In this document: one piece after another, positions 28,082 to 37,782 of the stretch
Position numbering within the stretch: position 1 is the first letter of the stretch
Layout: each line of letters begins with the position of its first letter
Assembly (NCBI GenBank): GCA_029212845.1
Contig: JARGPD010000003.1
Coordinates: 3,417 to 67,416, forward strand
Reading direction: 5' to 3'
DNA length: 64,000 nt
From: Planctomycetota bacterium
GTDB taxonomy: Bacteria; Planctomycetota; UBA1135; GCA-002686595
Translations under genes and position numbers: made by a program
Notes under the pieces: generated by a model
Told to the model about the DNA's origin: nothing
What the model saw: only the letters and a program-made list of their open reading frames with translations
The model's database searches: none

Positions 28082-28213
28082 GGGTCGTCTGGGGGGCGGC
28101 AAGGGTCCGTTTCGGATCCACCCGGCGTTCGGCTTGGGTTCGCCCGATCGGTGGACCGGGCACGCCCCGCGGATCTCTCGGGGGCGGGACCGCCGGGGTG
28201 CTATGGTAATCGG

Positions 28214-29476
28214 GTGTACGGCGATGTGTTCCCTCTTGCCGGACGAGCTCCGCGAAGGTCGCGGCTCGTTCTAGCCCTGCTGGCTGCTCTCCTGGCGAGC
28301 TGCTCCAGCTGGCGTGAGGTCTCCAGCCACGAGGACTGGAGCCTGTACGTCAAGCCGGGCGGCGGTGTTGACGTGCAGTCCTTCGAGGAGCTACTCGGAC
28401 CCGCCGTGGCGGCCGTCGAGGGCCAGTTCGGCCCCTTCGAGGCCCCCGTCCGCATCCATGCCTGGTCTGGGGGTGTCGACCTCGAGACCGGCAACCGCGG
28501 GCGCATCGCCGACGGCGACGATGCCGGCCTGATCAACGCCAAGGCCGGCACGGCCCGGGTGCGCGCCTTCCACGTGCGCGCCGACCCCTTCGGACCTGGC
28601 GGCGTCTTCCTGGGCGAAGCCTCCGCGGGCTCGGCCGTGCACGAGCTGGTCCACGCGCGCTTCGCCGAGACCGACGTCGAGCTGCCCCTGTGGTTCGAGG
28701 AAGGCCTCGCGATGCACTTCGCCGACGGCGTGCTGACCGAGTCCACCCCCGTCTGGGCGGCCCCCGAGGGAGTGCCCCCCGCGGCCCCGAGCGCCCTCGA
28801 TGCAGCCACCCCCAGCGGTCCCCGCTGGGTCCGCGACGGCCTCTGCGCCTGGCCCCTCTCGCGCCTGCGTGAGCTCGAGTTCACGGACGACGAGCTCACC
28901 AGCCTGCTCGCCCTGCGCGCCGAGGACGGGCACTCGATCGAGGAGAACCTGGTCGTCCACTTCCTGGGCTGGGCCTTGGTCTTCGACCTGTACCGCGAGC
29001 ACCCGAACGGCGACTGGCGCGACTGGCTGGCGGTCCACAAGGCCGACCCCTCGATCGCCACCGTGCGCGCGCGGATCGCGCGCAGCATCGATCCCGAGAC
29101 CGTGCGCCTGTGGCTGCACACCGGCCTGACCAGCGACGACCCCGCCGTGCGTCGGGCCACGGCCCGCGGCAGCTGGCGTGTCGCGGACTCGGCCTCCCTT
29201 CAATTGATGTCGTCGGCCCTGCGCAAGGAGACCGACGAGGCCGTCCGGGCGACCCTGGTCATCAACATCCTGGCCGCCGCCGGCGAGGGCCGCTACCCGG
29301 GCATGGGCCGCTGGAACGGCCTGCGCCTGCCCCTGCGCCTGCTCAGCAGCCTGGTCTTCACCGACGCCGCCGAGGCCGCCGCGGCCGGGATCCTCGACGA
29401 GGGCTACCGCCGGGGTGCGACCCGGGAAGAGATCAGCGCGGCGTTCGAGGTGCTCGAGAAGTACTGGCAGGAGTAG
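28214..29476 (+). CDS. Lipoprotein with a zincin/peptidase-MA-like HExxH domain and a C-terminal HEAT-like region
   Basis: Lipobox LLASC; AVHELVHARF followed by LPLWFEEGLA; GLTSDDPAVRRATA HEAT-like; TATGGT -10 box 6 nt before GTG 28214. Confidence 0.75.
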   Translation: MYGDVFPLAGRAPRRSRLVLALLAALLASCSSWREVSSHEDWSLYVKPGGGVDVQSFEELLGPAVAAVEGQFGPFEAPVRIHAWSGGVDLETGNRGRIADGDDAGLINAKAGTARVRAFHVRADPFGPGGVFLGEASAGSAVHELVHARFAETDVELPLWFEEGLAMHFADGVLTESTPVWAAPEGVPPAAPSALDAATPSGPRWVRDGLCAWPLSRLRELEFTDDELTSLLALRAEDGHSIEENLVVHFLGWALVFDLYREHPNGDWRDWLAVHKADPSIATVRARIARSIDPETVRLWLHTGLTSDDPAVRRATARGSWRVADSASLQLMSSALRKETDEAVRATLVINILAAAGEGRYPGMGRWNGLRLPLRLLSSLVFTDAAEAAAAGILDEGYRRGATREEISAAFEVLEKYWQE

Positions 29477-29625
29477 CTTCCGCGTGCTCGCTAGGACCGG
29501 TCCAAGTCCTTCAATTCCCCGACTCTAGGCCCCGTTGGTCCGGATCCGCCCCGTTCGGCCGGCGGCGGAGCGCTAGAATGCTCGCCCGCCCTTCCCCAGT
29601 GAACTCCACCCCCCTGCCCGTGGCC

Positions 29626-31974
29626 ATGCAGACGCTCCCCAAGCCGTCCTTCGAAACCCTCTCCAAGAGCTTCCACCACTGGGAGGTCGTCGGCGACCTC
29701 ATCGACCAGTTCCTGGACCTGGCGCTGAACCTGCGCCAGAGCGGGCACCCCGGCGGCTCGCGCTCGAAGGTGCCGATGATGGTGGCGAACACCCTCGGCG
29801 CCGGCATGCGCTGGGACATCCGCCATCCCGAGGCCGCCTTCGGCGATCGCTTCGTGCTGGTGGCGGGCCACGCGGTGCCCGTGGTCTACGCGACCCTCGC
29901 GGTCTACAACGAGGCCATGCGCCTGCGCTACGAGCGCACCGGCGACGCGCGCTTCAAGCTGTCCGACGACCCCAACCGCGTGCTGGTCTGGGAGGACCTC
30001 TTGACCCTGCGCCACAACAAGGGCCTCGCCGGCCACGCCGAGATGGAAGGCAAGACGCTCTTCCTCAAGTTCAACACCGGCCCCTCGGGCCACGGCGCCC
30101 CAGCGGCGCTCGGTGAGGCGGTCGCCCTGAAGCACGCCGGCGCCGGCGAGGTCAAGGTCTTCGCCGTCGAGGGCGAGGGCGGCCACTCGGCCGGCTGCCA
30201 CCACGAGGTCAAGAACTCGGCCTACGGGCTGGGCCTCGACAACCTGATCTACCTGTTCGACTGGAACGACCACGGCATCGACAGCTTCGCCAACAGCGAG
30301 GTCATGCACGGCACCCCGAAGGAGTGGTTCGAGTCCTACGGCTGGCGCGTCGCGGGCGCCGAGGACGGGCACGACTACGCCCAGGTCACCAAGGCGATGC
30401 TCGAGATCGTGCACAGCGATGACACCGGCGGCCGCCCGGGCATGGTCTGGTTCAAGACCCGTAAGGGCCGCGGCTACCACAAGTTCGACGCGGCCAGCCA
30501 CGGCGCCGCCCACAAGCGCAACAGCGACCTGTTCTGGAAGTGCCGCGAGGAGTTCGCCGACAAGTACGGCGTCAAGTTCGAGGGCCACGGCGACACCACC
30601 GACCCCGGTGAGGACGCCTGCCGCGACCAGACCCGCGGCTGGATGGAGACCGTGCTCTCGGTCCTGCGCCGCGACGAGGCGCTCGTCGACCACATCACCG
30701 ACACCCTGGCCGAGCTGGCCGAGTCCGTGCCCGCCACCGCGACCGGCCCCGAGGGCTACAACCTGACCTCCAAGGTCAACCTGGCGGCCGACACCTCCTG
30801 GCTGAGCGTCGACACCCTGCCCGACGAGCTGTTCGCGGCCCCCGGCGAGGTCGTCCCCAACCGCGCCGGCTTCGCGAAATTCGGCGCCTGGGTCAACAGC
30901 AAGGCGAAGCAGGCCATGGGCCGCCCGCTGGTCATCGCGAGCTCGGCCGACCTGGCCGACTCGACGTCGATCAGCGGCTTCGCGAAGGGCTTCGGCGACG
31001 CTGATGGCTTCGAGGGCTTCGGCTGGTACCAGCGCGACACCAACCCCGGCGGCTCGCTGCTGCCCCAGCAGATCACCGAGTTCACCAACGCGGGCCTCGG
31101 CGTGGGCATGGCGACGGTCAACTTCGCGGAGGACCCCGAGGCCGAGTTCAAGGGCTACTGGGGCACGTTCAGCACCTACGGCTCGTTCTCGTACCTCAAG
31201 TACGGGATGATCCGCCTGTTCAGCCAGCTGGCCCAGGACTGCGAGCTGAAGGTCGGCAAGGTGATCTGGGTCGTCGGCCACTCGGGGCCCGAGACGGCCG
31301 AGGACAGCCGCACCCACTTCGGCATCTTCTCGCCCGGCGTGACCCAGCTGTTCCCGGCCAACCACGTCATCAACGTGACGCCCTGGAGCCACAACGAGGT
31401 CGCGCCGATGCTGGCCGCCGCCCTGCAGATGGACCAGCCGATCGTCGCCCTGCACCTGACGCGTCCCGGCATCACCGAGCCCGACCGCGCCGCCCTCGGC
31501 ATGCCCAGCCACAAGGAAGCCGCCAAGGGCGCCTACGTCATGCACGACTACGACCCGGCGCGCCCGAAGGAGGGCACGCTCTTGGTCCAGGGCACCTCGA
31601 CGACCGACTCGATGATGCAGATCCTGCCGCGCCTGAACGCCGGCGAGGGTCCCAACGTCAAGGTCATCATGGCCGGCTCCTGGGAGCTGTTCCAAGCCCA
31701 GAGCCCCGAGTACCGCGAGAAGGTGCTGAGCCGCGAGGACTTCCTCGACTCGACCGTGATCACCAACGGCGGGCGCCGCGTGATGCACGACTGGCTCAGC
31801 TCGAAGGTCGCCGAGCGCTACGCGATGAGCTCCGACTGGGACGACCGCTGGCGCACGGGCGGCAGCATGGAGGAGATCAAGCGCGAGGCGCGCATCGACC
31901 CCGAGTCCCTCTGGGAAGGCATCTGCAAGTTCGCCGAAGAGCGCGAGTCGCGCCTGGCCGAGCTGCGCTTCTAG
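29626..31974 (+). CDS. tkt: Transketolase (divergent single-chain type)
   Basis: SGHPGGSRS, DRFVLVAGH, NTGPSGHG, EGEGG...DWNDHGID (variant ThDP motif), SADLADST, GHSGPETAEDSRTH. Confidence 0.88.
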   Translation: MQTLPKPSFETLSKSFHHWEVVGDLIDQFLDLALNLRQSGHPGGSRSKVPMMVANTLGAGMRWDIRHPEAAFGDRFVLVAGHAVPVVYATLAVYNEAMRLRYERTGDARFKLSDDPNRVLVWEDLLTLRHNKGLAGHAEMEGKTLFLKFNTGPSGHGAPAALGEAVALKHAGAGEVKVFAVEGEGGHSAGCHHEVKNSAYGLGLDNLIYLFDWNDHGIDSFANSEVMHGTPKEWFESYGWRVAGAEDGHDYAQVTKAMLEIVHSDDTGGRPGMVWFKTRKGRGYHKFDAASHGAAHKRNSDLFWKCREEFADKYGVKFEGHGDTTDPGEDACRDQTRGWMETVLSVLRRDEALVDHITDTLAELAESVPATATGPEGYNLTSKVNLAADTSWLSVDTLPDELFAAPGEVVPNRAGFAKFGAWVNSKAKQAMGRPLVIASSADLADSTSISGFAKGFGDADGFEGFGWYQRDTNPGGSLLPQQITEFTNAGLGVGMATVNFAEDPEAEFKGYWGTFSTYGSFSYLKYGMIRLFSQLAQDCELKVGKVIWVVGHSGPETAEDSRTHFGIFSPGVTQLFPANHVINVTPWSHNEVAPMLAAALQMDQPIVALHLTRPGITEPDRAALGMPSHKEAAKGAYVMHDYDPARPKEGTLLVQGTSTTDSMMQILPRLNAGEGPNVKVIMAGSWELFQAQSPEYREKVLSREDFLDSTVITNGGRRVMHDWLSSKVAERYAMSSDWDDRWRTGGSMEEIKREARIDPESLWEGICKFAEERESRLAELRF

Positions 31975-32036
31975 GGCGCAAGACCTGGCGGCGCGGGCTC
32001 CGGAAATCCCCGAGGGCCCGCGCCGCATCCTAAGCC

Positions 32037-32534
32037 ATGCTCCACCTGCTGAAGAACGTCCTGCTCGCCACCAGCCTGGCGCTGGTCCCCGCCTGCTACT
32101 CGGGCTACTTCTACTCCGACAACCCCTACTCGCAGCTGCTCGACCACGAGGCCGTCCTGCGCCAGTCGTCGGACCTGGGCACCAACTGGAACATCGGGGC
32201 GTCCAGCTGGAGCGGCTACAGCGACGAGGACGGCTTCCACAACGTCGTGTCGCTCGCGGCCGAGTTCGAGTGCCAGCCGGCGCAGCTCGAGGCCTTCGCC
32301 CAGGCCCTGCACGCCTACCTGGAGGAGGACATCTTCGGCTCCGGATTCCACCTGACCCCCGAGGCGTCCAAGGTCGAAGCCCTGGCCTCGAGCGGCGGGC
32401 TCGGGCCGCGCGCGACGATCGACCTAGAGTGGGAGTCCGCCAACAGCCGCGGCTCGCTGAACGTCACGATCACGACGGGCGCGCGCAGTGGGCTCTTCGA
32501 CCTGGCCTTGCGGATCGACGAGCGAGCGCTCTAG
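32037..32534 (+). CDS. Hypothetical lipoprotein
   Basis: Lipobox VPAC; paralogous to the next gene (EEDIFGSGF). Confidence 0.7.
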   Translation: MLHLLKNVLLATSLALVPACYSGYFYSDNPYSQLLDHEAVLRQSSDLGTNWNIGASSWSGYSDEDGFHNVVSLAAEFECQPAQLEAFAQALHAYLEEDIFGSGFHLTPEASKVEALASSGGLGPRATIDLEWESANSRGSLNVTITTGARSGLFDLALRIDERAL

Positions 32535-32547
32535 TCCGGCGCACACC

Positions 32548-33039
32548 ATGGCTCTCCGCCTACTGCTCGCGCTGGCGCTGCTCTTCGCCTGCTCCTGCGG
32601 CCGCGGCTTCAGCAGTCACGGCCAGGCCTACGCGGGCCTCGCCGACCCCCAGGAGCTGATGCTGGCCCTCGATGACGAGGTGCTGGCGGTGGGCTCGCGC
32701 GGCACGAGCGGTGGCTCGAGCGTGGGCCCTAGTGGCTGGAACAGCTCCTACCGCACGACCGCCTGGTTCACCTGCGAGCCGAAGGACCGCGCTGCGATCG
32801 AGGACGAGCTCTTCGAGCTGGTCCAAGAGGACATCTTCGGCGCCGGCTTCTTCCTGGTGGAGGACGCTGCCGCCCTGCAGCGCTACCCGACCAGCGACCC
32901 GCTCCGCAAGGGCGCCACCGTGATGACCTTCGCCTGGGAGGCGACCGGCAGCCAGGGCGGCTTGGTGCTCAGCGTCAACGCCGGCTCGAGCCCGGAAGAG
33001 TTCATCACCACCTGGGACTTCGAAGAGTCCAGCCTCTAG
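32548..33039 (+). CDS. Hypothetical lipoprotein, paralogue of 32037..32534
   Basis: MALRLLLALALLFACSC signal; QEDIFGAGF, FTCEP, WEATGSQGGL. Confidence 0.7.
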   Translation: MALRLLLALALLFACSCGRGFSSHGQAYAGLADPQELMLALDDEVLAVGSRGTSGGSSVGPSGWNSSYRTTAWFTCEPKDRAAIEDELFELVQEDIFGAGFFLVEDAAALQRYPTSDPLRKGATVMTFAWEATGSQGGLVLSVNAGSSPEEFITTWDFEESSL

Positions 33040-33101
33040 CCCGGCGAAGTAGCCCGCGGCACGGTGGAATCCGGGCGCCGGAGTTCGCAAGATCCGGGTC
33101 C

Positions 33102-34256
33102 ATGAAGCTCCTCGGAACCCTGCTCCTGTTCGGCCTCGCGGCCTGTGTCTCGAACCCCAACTACGACCGCGCCCTCGAGGAGGGTGCGCCGGCCCTGCTC
33201 GAGGTGCCTAGCGATGAGGTCCCCGACTTCGCCATGGACTGGTCCCTGCGCGAGGAGATCCTGCCGGCCCTCGACCGCTCGATCGACTGGATCCATCGCG
33301 GTCACGCGAAGAACCACTTCCCGATCGAGGGCGTCGACATCCAGCGCGCCCGCGCCAGCCTGGAGCGCTTCCGCGAGCTCTTGACCACGTCCACGAGCCG
33401 CAAGGACTTCGACCGCTCGGTCCGCGAGGAGTTCACCTGGTACAAGAGCGCCGGCTGGAACGGCCGAGGCGGAGGGGTCCTGTTCACAGGCTACTGCACG
33501 CCCCTGCTCGAGGGCAGCCTGACCCAGGGTGGCGGGTACGACTACCCGCTGTACGCCCTGCCCGACGACCTGATCAAGCACGACCAGGGCACGCGCGTGA
33601 CCTGGGCCGTGGGCGGCGGCGAGCTGCCCTACCCCAGCCGCTCGGCGATCGAGGCTGGCGCCATGCTGGAGGGCAAGGGCCTCGAGCTCGCCTGGCTCAA
33701 GGACCCGGTAGACGCCTTCATCGCCCACGTCAACGGCTCGGCCTTCATCCGCCTGCCCGACGGCGGCATCCACCGCCTCGGCTACGCCGGCAAGAACGGC
33801 GCGCCCTACCACAGCCTGGGCAAGGAGCTGATCAACGACGGCATCCTGCCGCGCGACGGCCTGAACCTGCAGCGCATCCGCCAGTGGGCCCAGGACGCGC
33901 CGCCGAGCCAGGTCACCGAGTACCTGCACCGCAACCCGTCCTACGTCTTCTTCCAGCCGATCGAGGGCACGCCCCACGGCAGCCTCGACGTGCCCGTCAC
34001 GGCCAAGCGCTCGGTCGCCACCGACAAGACGCTCTTCCCGCGCGCCTCGATCCTGTTCGTCGATGCCGACCTGCCCGGCGCGCACGACGGCGAGCGCATC
34101 CCCATGCACCAATTCCTGTTCGACCAGGACACCGGCGGAGCGATCCGCACCGCCGGGCGCGCCGACCTGTACATGGGCATCGGCCCGGCCGCCGAGGAGC
34201 TCGCCGGTCGCATCAAGACCGAAGGCCAGATGTACTACCTCTTCCTGAAGGAGTAG
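33102..34256 (+). CDS. mltA: Membrane-bound lytic murein transglycosylase A
   Basis: Lipobox LAAC; LFTGYCTP, FIAHVNGS, YAGKNGAPYHSLGKELI, NPSYVFF, DQDTGGAI...RADLYMG (3D domain). Confidence 0.92.
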   Translation: MKLLGTLLLFGLAACVSNPNYDRALEEGAPALLEVPSDEVPDFAMDWSLREEILPALDRSIDWIHRGHAKNHFPIEGVDIQRARASLERFRELLTTSTSRKDFDRSVREEFTWYKSAGWNGRGGGVLFTGYCTPLLEGSLTQGGGYDYPLYALPDDLIKHDQGTRVTWAVGGGELPYPSRSAIEAGAMLEGKGLELAWLKDPVDAFIAHVNGSAFIRLPDGGIHRLGYAGKNGAPYHSLGKELINDGILPRDGLNLQRIRQWAQDAPPSQVTEYLHRNPSYVFFQPIEGTPHGSLDVPVTAKRSVATDKTLFPRASILFVDADLPGAHDGERIPMHQFLFDQDTGGAIRTAGRADLYMGIGPAAEELAGRIKTEGQMYYLFLKE

Positions 34257-34292
34257 CGCCGGGTGGCGTAGAGTCCGGGCCCAGCTCCCCCC

Positions 34293-34844
34293 ATGACCCC
34301 CCCTGCGAACAATCCCGCTAGCGCGCCCACCGCGACCCCAGATCGACCGAGCTCCATCGGTCGCCTGGTCGCCGTCTGCATCGGCCCCGGCGGGATCCCC
34401 AAGCGCACGGTCGAGCGCGCCAAGCTGACGACCGCGGGGCTGGAGGGCGATCGCCACCGGCACCCCAAGCATGGCGGCGAGGCGCGCGCCCTGTGCCTCT
34501 TGTCCGCGGCCGAGAAGCAGAGCCTGGCCGAGGACGGGGTCGTCGGTGCGCTCGAGCCCGGCACCTTCGGCGAGAACCTCCTGATCGACGGGCTGGACTT
34601 CGCGGACCTGCGCCCAGGGGACCGGCTGTCCTTCGCGCGCGTGCCCGGTGCGGGGGTGGCCGGCGGGCGTGTGGTGTGTGAGCTCAGCGACCTGCGCGCA
34701 CCTTGCATCACGCTCGAGTCCGTCGACGTGCGCCTGCCCGACCTGATGTGCGGCCGCAGCGGCTTCGTCGCGCGCGTGGTCGAGGTGGGCGGGACGGGCG
34801 AGCTGATCGCCGGCATGGCCGTCGAGGTCCTCGGCTCGGCATGA
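34293..34844 (+). CDS. MOSC domain protein
   Basis: GIPKR, GLEGDRH..HGG..RALCL, PGTFGENL, RAPCITL, GRSGFVARV. Confidence 0.88.
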   Translation: MTPPANNPASAPTATPDRPSSIGRLVAVCIGPGGIPKRTVERAKLTTAGLEGDRHRHPKHGGEARALCLLSAAEKQSLAEDGVVGALEPGTFGENLLIDGLDFADLRPGDRLSFARVPGAGVAGGRVVCELSDLRAPCITLESVDVRLPDLMCGRSGFVARVVEVGGTGELIAGMAVEVLGSA

Positions 34845-35815
34845 GCACCCACCCCGAGGCCCCCACCACGGACGTGCTCGAGGTCCAGTGCGACGACTGC
34901 GGCGCGACCCTGACCATGCCGCGTCACCGCTTCGCCGCGGTGTGTCCCTACTGCGCCTCGGGCTCGGTCATCGATCGCCCCGTCGATCCGAACGGCGAGG
35001 CCAGCGCACGCCGGGAGGCCCCCGACTTCATCCTCGGCTTCGACGTCACCCGCGCCGAGGCCGAGCGCCGGGTGGCAGGCTGGCTCGGACGCAGGCGCCT
35101 GTTCGCCCCCGGCGCGGTGCGCAACGCGAAGGTCACCGACACCCAGGGCATCTACCTGCCCGCCTGGCTCTACGGGTCGGTGGCCGACGCCCGCTACGAG
35201 GCCAGCATCGGCGAGAACTACACGGTCACCGAGACCTACACGACCACCGACGCCAAGGGCAAGACGACCACCCACACCCGCACGCGCACCGAGACCGAGT
35301 GGCGGCCCCTCTCCGGTCCCTACCACAGCTACGTGCTGGACGTGCTGGTCACCGCCAGCGCAGGCCTCGGCAACGACGAGCTCGAGTCGATCGAGCCCTT
35401 CGACCTGCGCGCCCTGCGGCGCTACGACCCGGCCGTCGTCTCGGGCTTTGCCGCGGAGGAGGCGACCCTCGACGCGGACACCGGCTTCGAGCGCGCACGC
35501 GACGAAGCGATGGGCATCTTGAAGCATCAGGTGAAGCAGTTCCTGCCCGGGGACAGCTCGCAGCTCAAGCACCTCGACGCCGAGTTCGCCGAGGAGAACA
35601 CCGACCTGGTGCTGCTGCCGATCTGGGTCTTTGCCGCGCGCTACCAAGTCGGCTCCGAGGAGCGCAGGCTGCGCATCCTGGTCAACGGCCAGACCGGCGA
35701 GGTGCAGGGCGAGGTGCCGAACTCGAAGATCAAGATCGCGATCTTCACCCTGGCCATGGTCGCCTTGGTCGCCCTGCTCGTGCTGGTCGGCTTCGCGATC
35801 GGAGGCATGTCGTGA
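34841..35815 (+). CDS. Zinc-ribbon protein with a C-terminal TM anchor
   Basis: CDDCGA...CPYCAS; GIYLPAWLY; IEPFDL; LVLLPIWV...ILVNGQTGEVQGEVP; terminal TM helix. Confidence 0.82.
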   Translation: MSTHPEAPTTDVLEVQCDDCGATLTMPRHRFAAVCPYCASGSVIDRPVDPNGEASARREAPDFILGFDVTRAEAERRVAGWLGRRRLFAPGAVRNAKVTDTQGIYLPAWLYGSVADARYEASIGENYTVTETYTTTDAKGKTTTHTRTRTETEWRPLSGPYHSYVLDVLVTASAGLGNDELESIEPFDLRALRRYDPAVVSGFAAEEATLDADTGFERARDEAMGILKHQVKQFLPGDSSQLKHLDAEFAEENTDLVLLPIWVFAARYQVGSEERRLRILVNGQTGEVQGEVPNSKIKIAIFTLAMVALVALLVLVGFAIGGMS

Positions 35816-36789
35816 GCGCCGGTGAGCGCATCGGCTCGTGCGAGCGCTGCCAGAGCCCGCTCGAGCGCGGCGACCTGCGCTGCGCGATCTGCGGCAAGAC
35901 GACCCCCGATGTGGGGCCGGCGCTCGAGGCCGTCCGGGTCCAGGTCCTGCGCTGCGAGGGCTGCGGCGCGGCGGTCCAGTACGACCCCGCCGTCGGAGCT
36001 CCGGCCTGTGCCTTCTGCGCCTCGGTCACCCACCTCGAGGAGCTGGTCGATCCCGTCGAGCAGACCGGCGCCTTCGCCCCGTTCACCGTCGCGCGCGCCG
36101 ACGCCACCGCGGCCCTGAAGCAGTGGCTCGGCGGCCAGGGCTTCTTCCGCCCAGCCGACCTCGCCTCGCGCGCCAGCCTCGAGAAGCTGCAGCCGATCCT
36201 GTGGGTCGCCTGGGTCTTCGACGCGCGCTGCCAGGTGACCTGGGCGGCGGACTCCAACAAGGGCTCCCTGCGCTCGGCTTGGGCGCCCCACTCGGGCGAG
36301 ACCCACCTGACCTTCCAGGACGTCTTGGTCTCGGCCTCGCGCGGTCTTTCCGACGACGAGGTCGATGCGCTCGTCGACAGCTACTCGCTCGACGGGCTGA
36401 CGCCAGAGCCCGCGGCCGAGGTCGAGCTGGACCTGGCGAGCGTGCACGTCGAGAGCTTCGACGTGCAGCGCTCGGCCGCCCGCCGGCGCATCGTCGCCGG
36501 CGTCGAGTCCGCCGCCGCGCGCCGCATCGAGGCCGACCACATCCCCGGAAGTCGCTTCCGCAACGTGCACACGTCGATCCTGCTCGAGGGCCTCGAGACC
36601 CGCCGCCTGGCCTTCCCCGCGTGGGTCCTGGCCTACCGCTACAAGCAGAAGCTCTACCGCGCGGTCATCTCGGGCCAGGACGCGAGCGTCATCACCGGCA
36701 AGGCACCCTGGGCGATCGGCCGGATCCTGATGGTGGTGCTGCTGGCCCTCGCCGCCATCGCCCTGGTGGCCGTCGCAGCTGCGATCTGA
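35812..36789 (+). CDS. Double zinc-ribbon protein with a C-terminal TM anchor (paralogue of the previous gene)
   Basis: GTGA overlap; CERCQ..CAICG, CEGCGA..CAFCAS; LAFPAWVLAYRY...VISGQD; terminal TM helix. Confidence 0.8.
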   Translation: MSAGERIGSCERCQSPLERGDLRCAICGKTTPDVGPALEAVRVQVLRCEGCGAAVQYDPAVGAPACAFCASVTHLEELVDPVEQTGAFAPFTVARADATAALKQWLGGQGFFRPADLASRASLEKLQPILWVAWVFDARCQVTWAADSNKGSLRSAWAPHSGETHLTFQDVLVSASRGLSDDEVDALVDSYSLDGLTPEPAAEVELDLASVHVESFDVQRSAARRRIVAGVESAAARRIEADHIPGSRFRNVHTSILLEGLETRRLAFPAWVLAYRYKQKLYRAVISGQDASVITGKAPWAIGRILMVVLLALAAIALVAVAAAI

Positions 36790-37075
36790 CCTGCGCCGGA
36801 AGCCTCCGCCCACTGACCCAGCCCCCGAGTTCGGTCAGCGCTTCGTGGGACACCTCGAGCTGGGTTCCAGGGCTGTCTAGGCGGGGTGGAGCTGCCTGGG
36901 ACGGGGCGTTCGGGCTTCAGTCAGCGATGCGAAGTGATGCTGGTTCAGGCACTCCTCGCGGACGCGGCCGTTGAAGCTCTCGGCGTAGGCGTTCTCCGTC
37001 GGCTTCCCGGGACGGATGAAGTGCAGCGTGATGCCTTGGCTTTGGGCCCAGGCGTCGAGGGCCTTGCTCATGGAG
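36787..37075 (-). mobile_element. IS3-family (IS407-like) transposase remnant with putative right terminal inverted repeat
   Basis: SKALDAWAQSQGITLHFIRPGKPTENAYAESFNGRVREECLNQHHFASLTEAR is the C-terminal part of the IS3 integrase core; the minus strand ends ...GTGGGCGGAGGCTTCCGGCGCAGGTCA, an IS407-like end. Confidence 0.8.
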
Positions 37076-37218
37076 TCCATCGACCACCGCTCCAGCGGTG
37101 CGGTCACCTCCGCGAGCACCTCTCCTGCGATTGGAAGCCGAGAAGCCCCTGAAGTGCCGTGCTGCGGATCAGCGAACGGGGGGCCAGCTTCAGGACCGGT
37201 CGACGCCGACCCGTGGCG

Positions 37219-37782
37219 CTACAGGACCTCGGCGAAGAGGTTCGACTCGGGGTTCGGGATCACGACCTTCGAGACGAGCAGGCCGCGGCGGCCGATCTCG
37301 TGGGCGCCGGCTTCGACGCCTGCGCGCACCTGGCTGACCTCGCCGGTCAGCATCAGGTAGCCCTTGCCGCCGATCGCCATGGCGACGTGGATGCGGAAGA
37401 GCTTCACGTCGGCGGCCTTCACCGCCGCGTCCGCGCCCTCGACGATGGCCGTCACGCTGAAGGCCTCGAGGATGCCGAGGGCGTTCTTGTCGTCCTCGGT
37501 CAGGGAGACCGCGCCGGAGATGGCCGGAAAGATGCGCTCGTCCACGTCCGGGATCATCAGGTCGTCGATCAGCGCCTCGCGCGAGCAGCCCTTGCCGGCA
37601 TCGACGCTGGCCTGCACGGCCGCGACCGCTCCGCCGACCATGATCATGTACTTGCCCGAGCAGATCGTGCGCGCGACCAAGAGCTCGACGTCGGACGCCT
37701 TCAGCATCGCGTCCTGGACCTGGTAGGCGACCGCGATCGACGACAGCTCGAGCATGCCGAGCGCTTCCATCTTGAAACTCAT
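37219..37782 (-). CDS. pduT: Bacterial microcompartment tandem-domain shell protein, PduT-like (BMC-T)
   Basis: ALGMLELSSIA...DAMLKASDVELLVARTICSGKY (conserved pore Cys); second domain ALGILEAFS...ADAAVKAADV...MAIGGKG. Confidence 0.92.
   Translation of the reverse strand: MSFKMEALGMLELSSIAVAYQVQDAMLKASDVELLVARTICSGKYMIMVGGAVAAVQASVDAGKGCSREALIDDLMIPDVDERIFPAISGAVSLTEDDKNALGILEAFSVTAIVEGADAAVKAADVKLFRIHVAMAIGGKGYLMLTGEVSQVRAGVEAGAHEIGRRGLLVSKVVIPNPESNLFAEVL

Noticed and set aside
33102..34256. mltA in a probable planctomycete as a novelty
   Set aside because: Peptidoglycan and its remodelling enzymes are already established in this phylum, and the taxonomy is only inferred.
15285..37140. Shared 15-mer TGC(A/G)ATTGGAAGCCG at 15285-15299 and 37126-37140, considered as a sigma54 promoter or shared operator
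   Set aside because: The reverse complement has GG-N9-GC rather than the required GG-N10-GC, there are only two copies, and the second is not upstream of an intact gene; probably chance.
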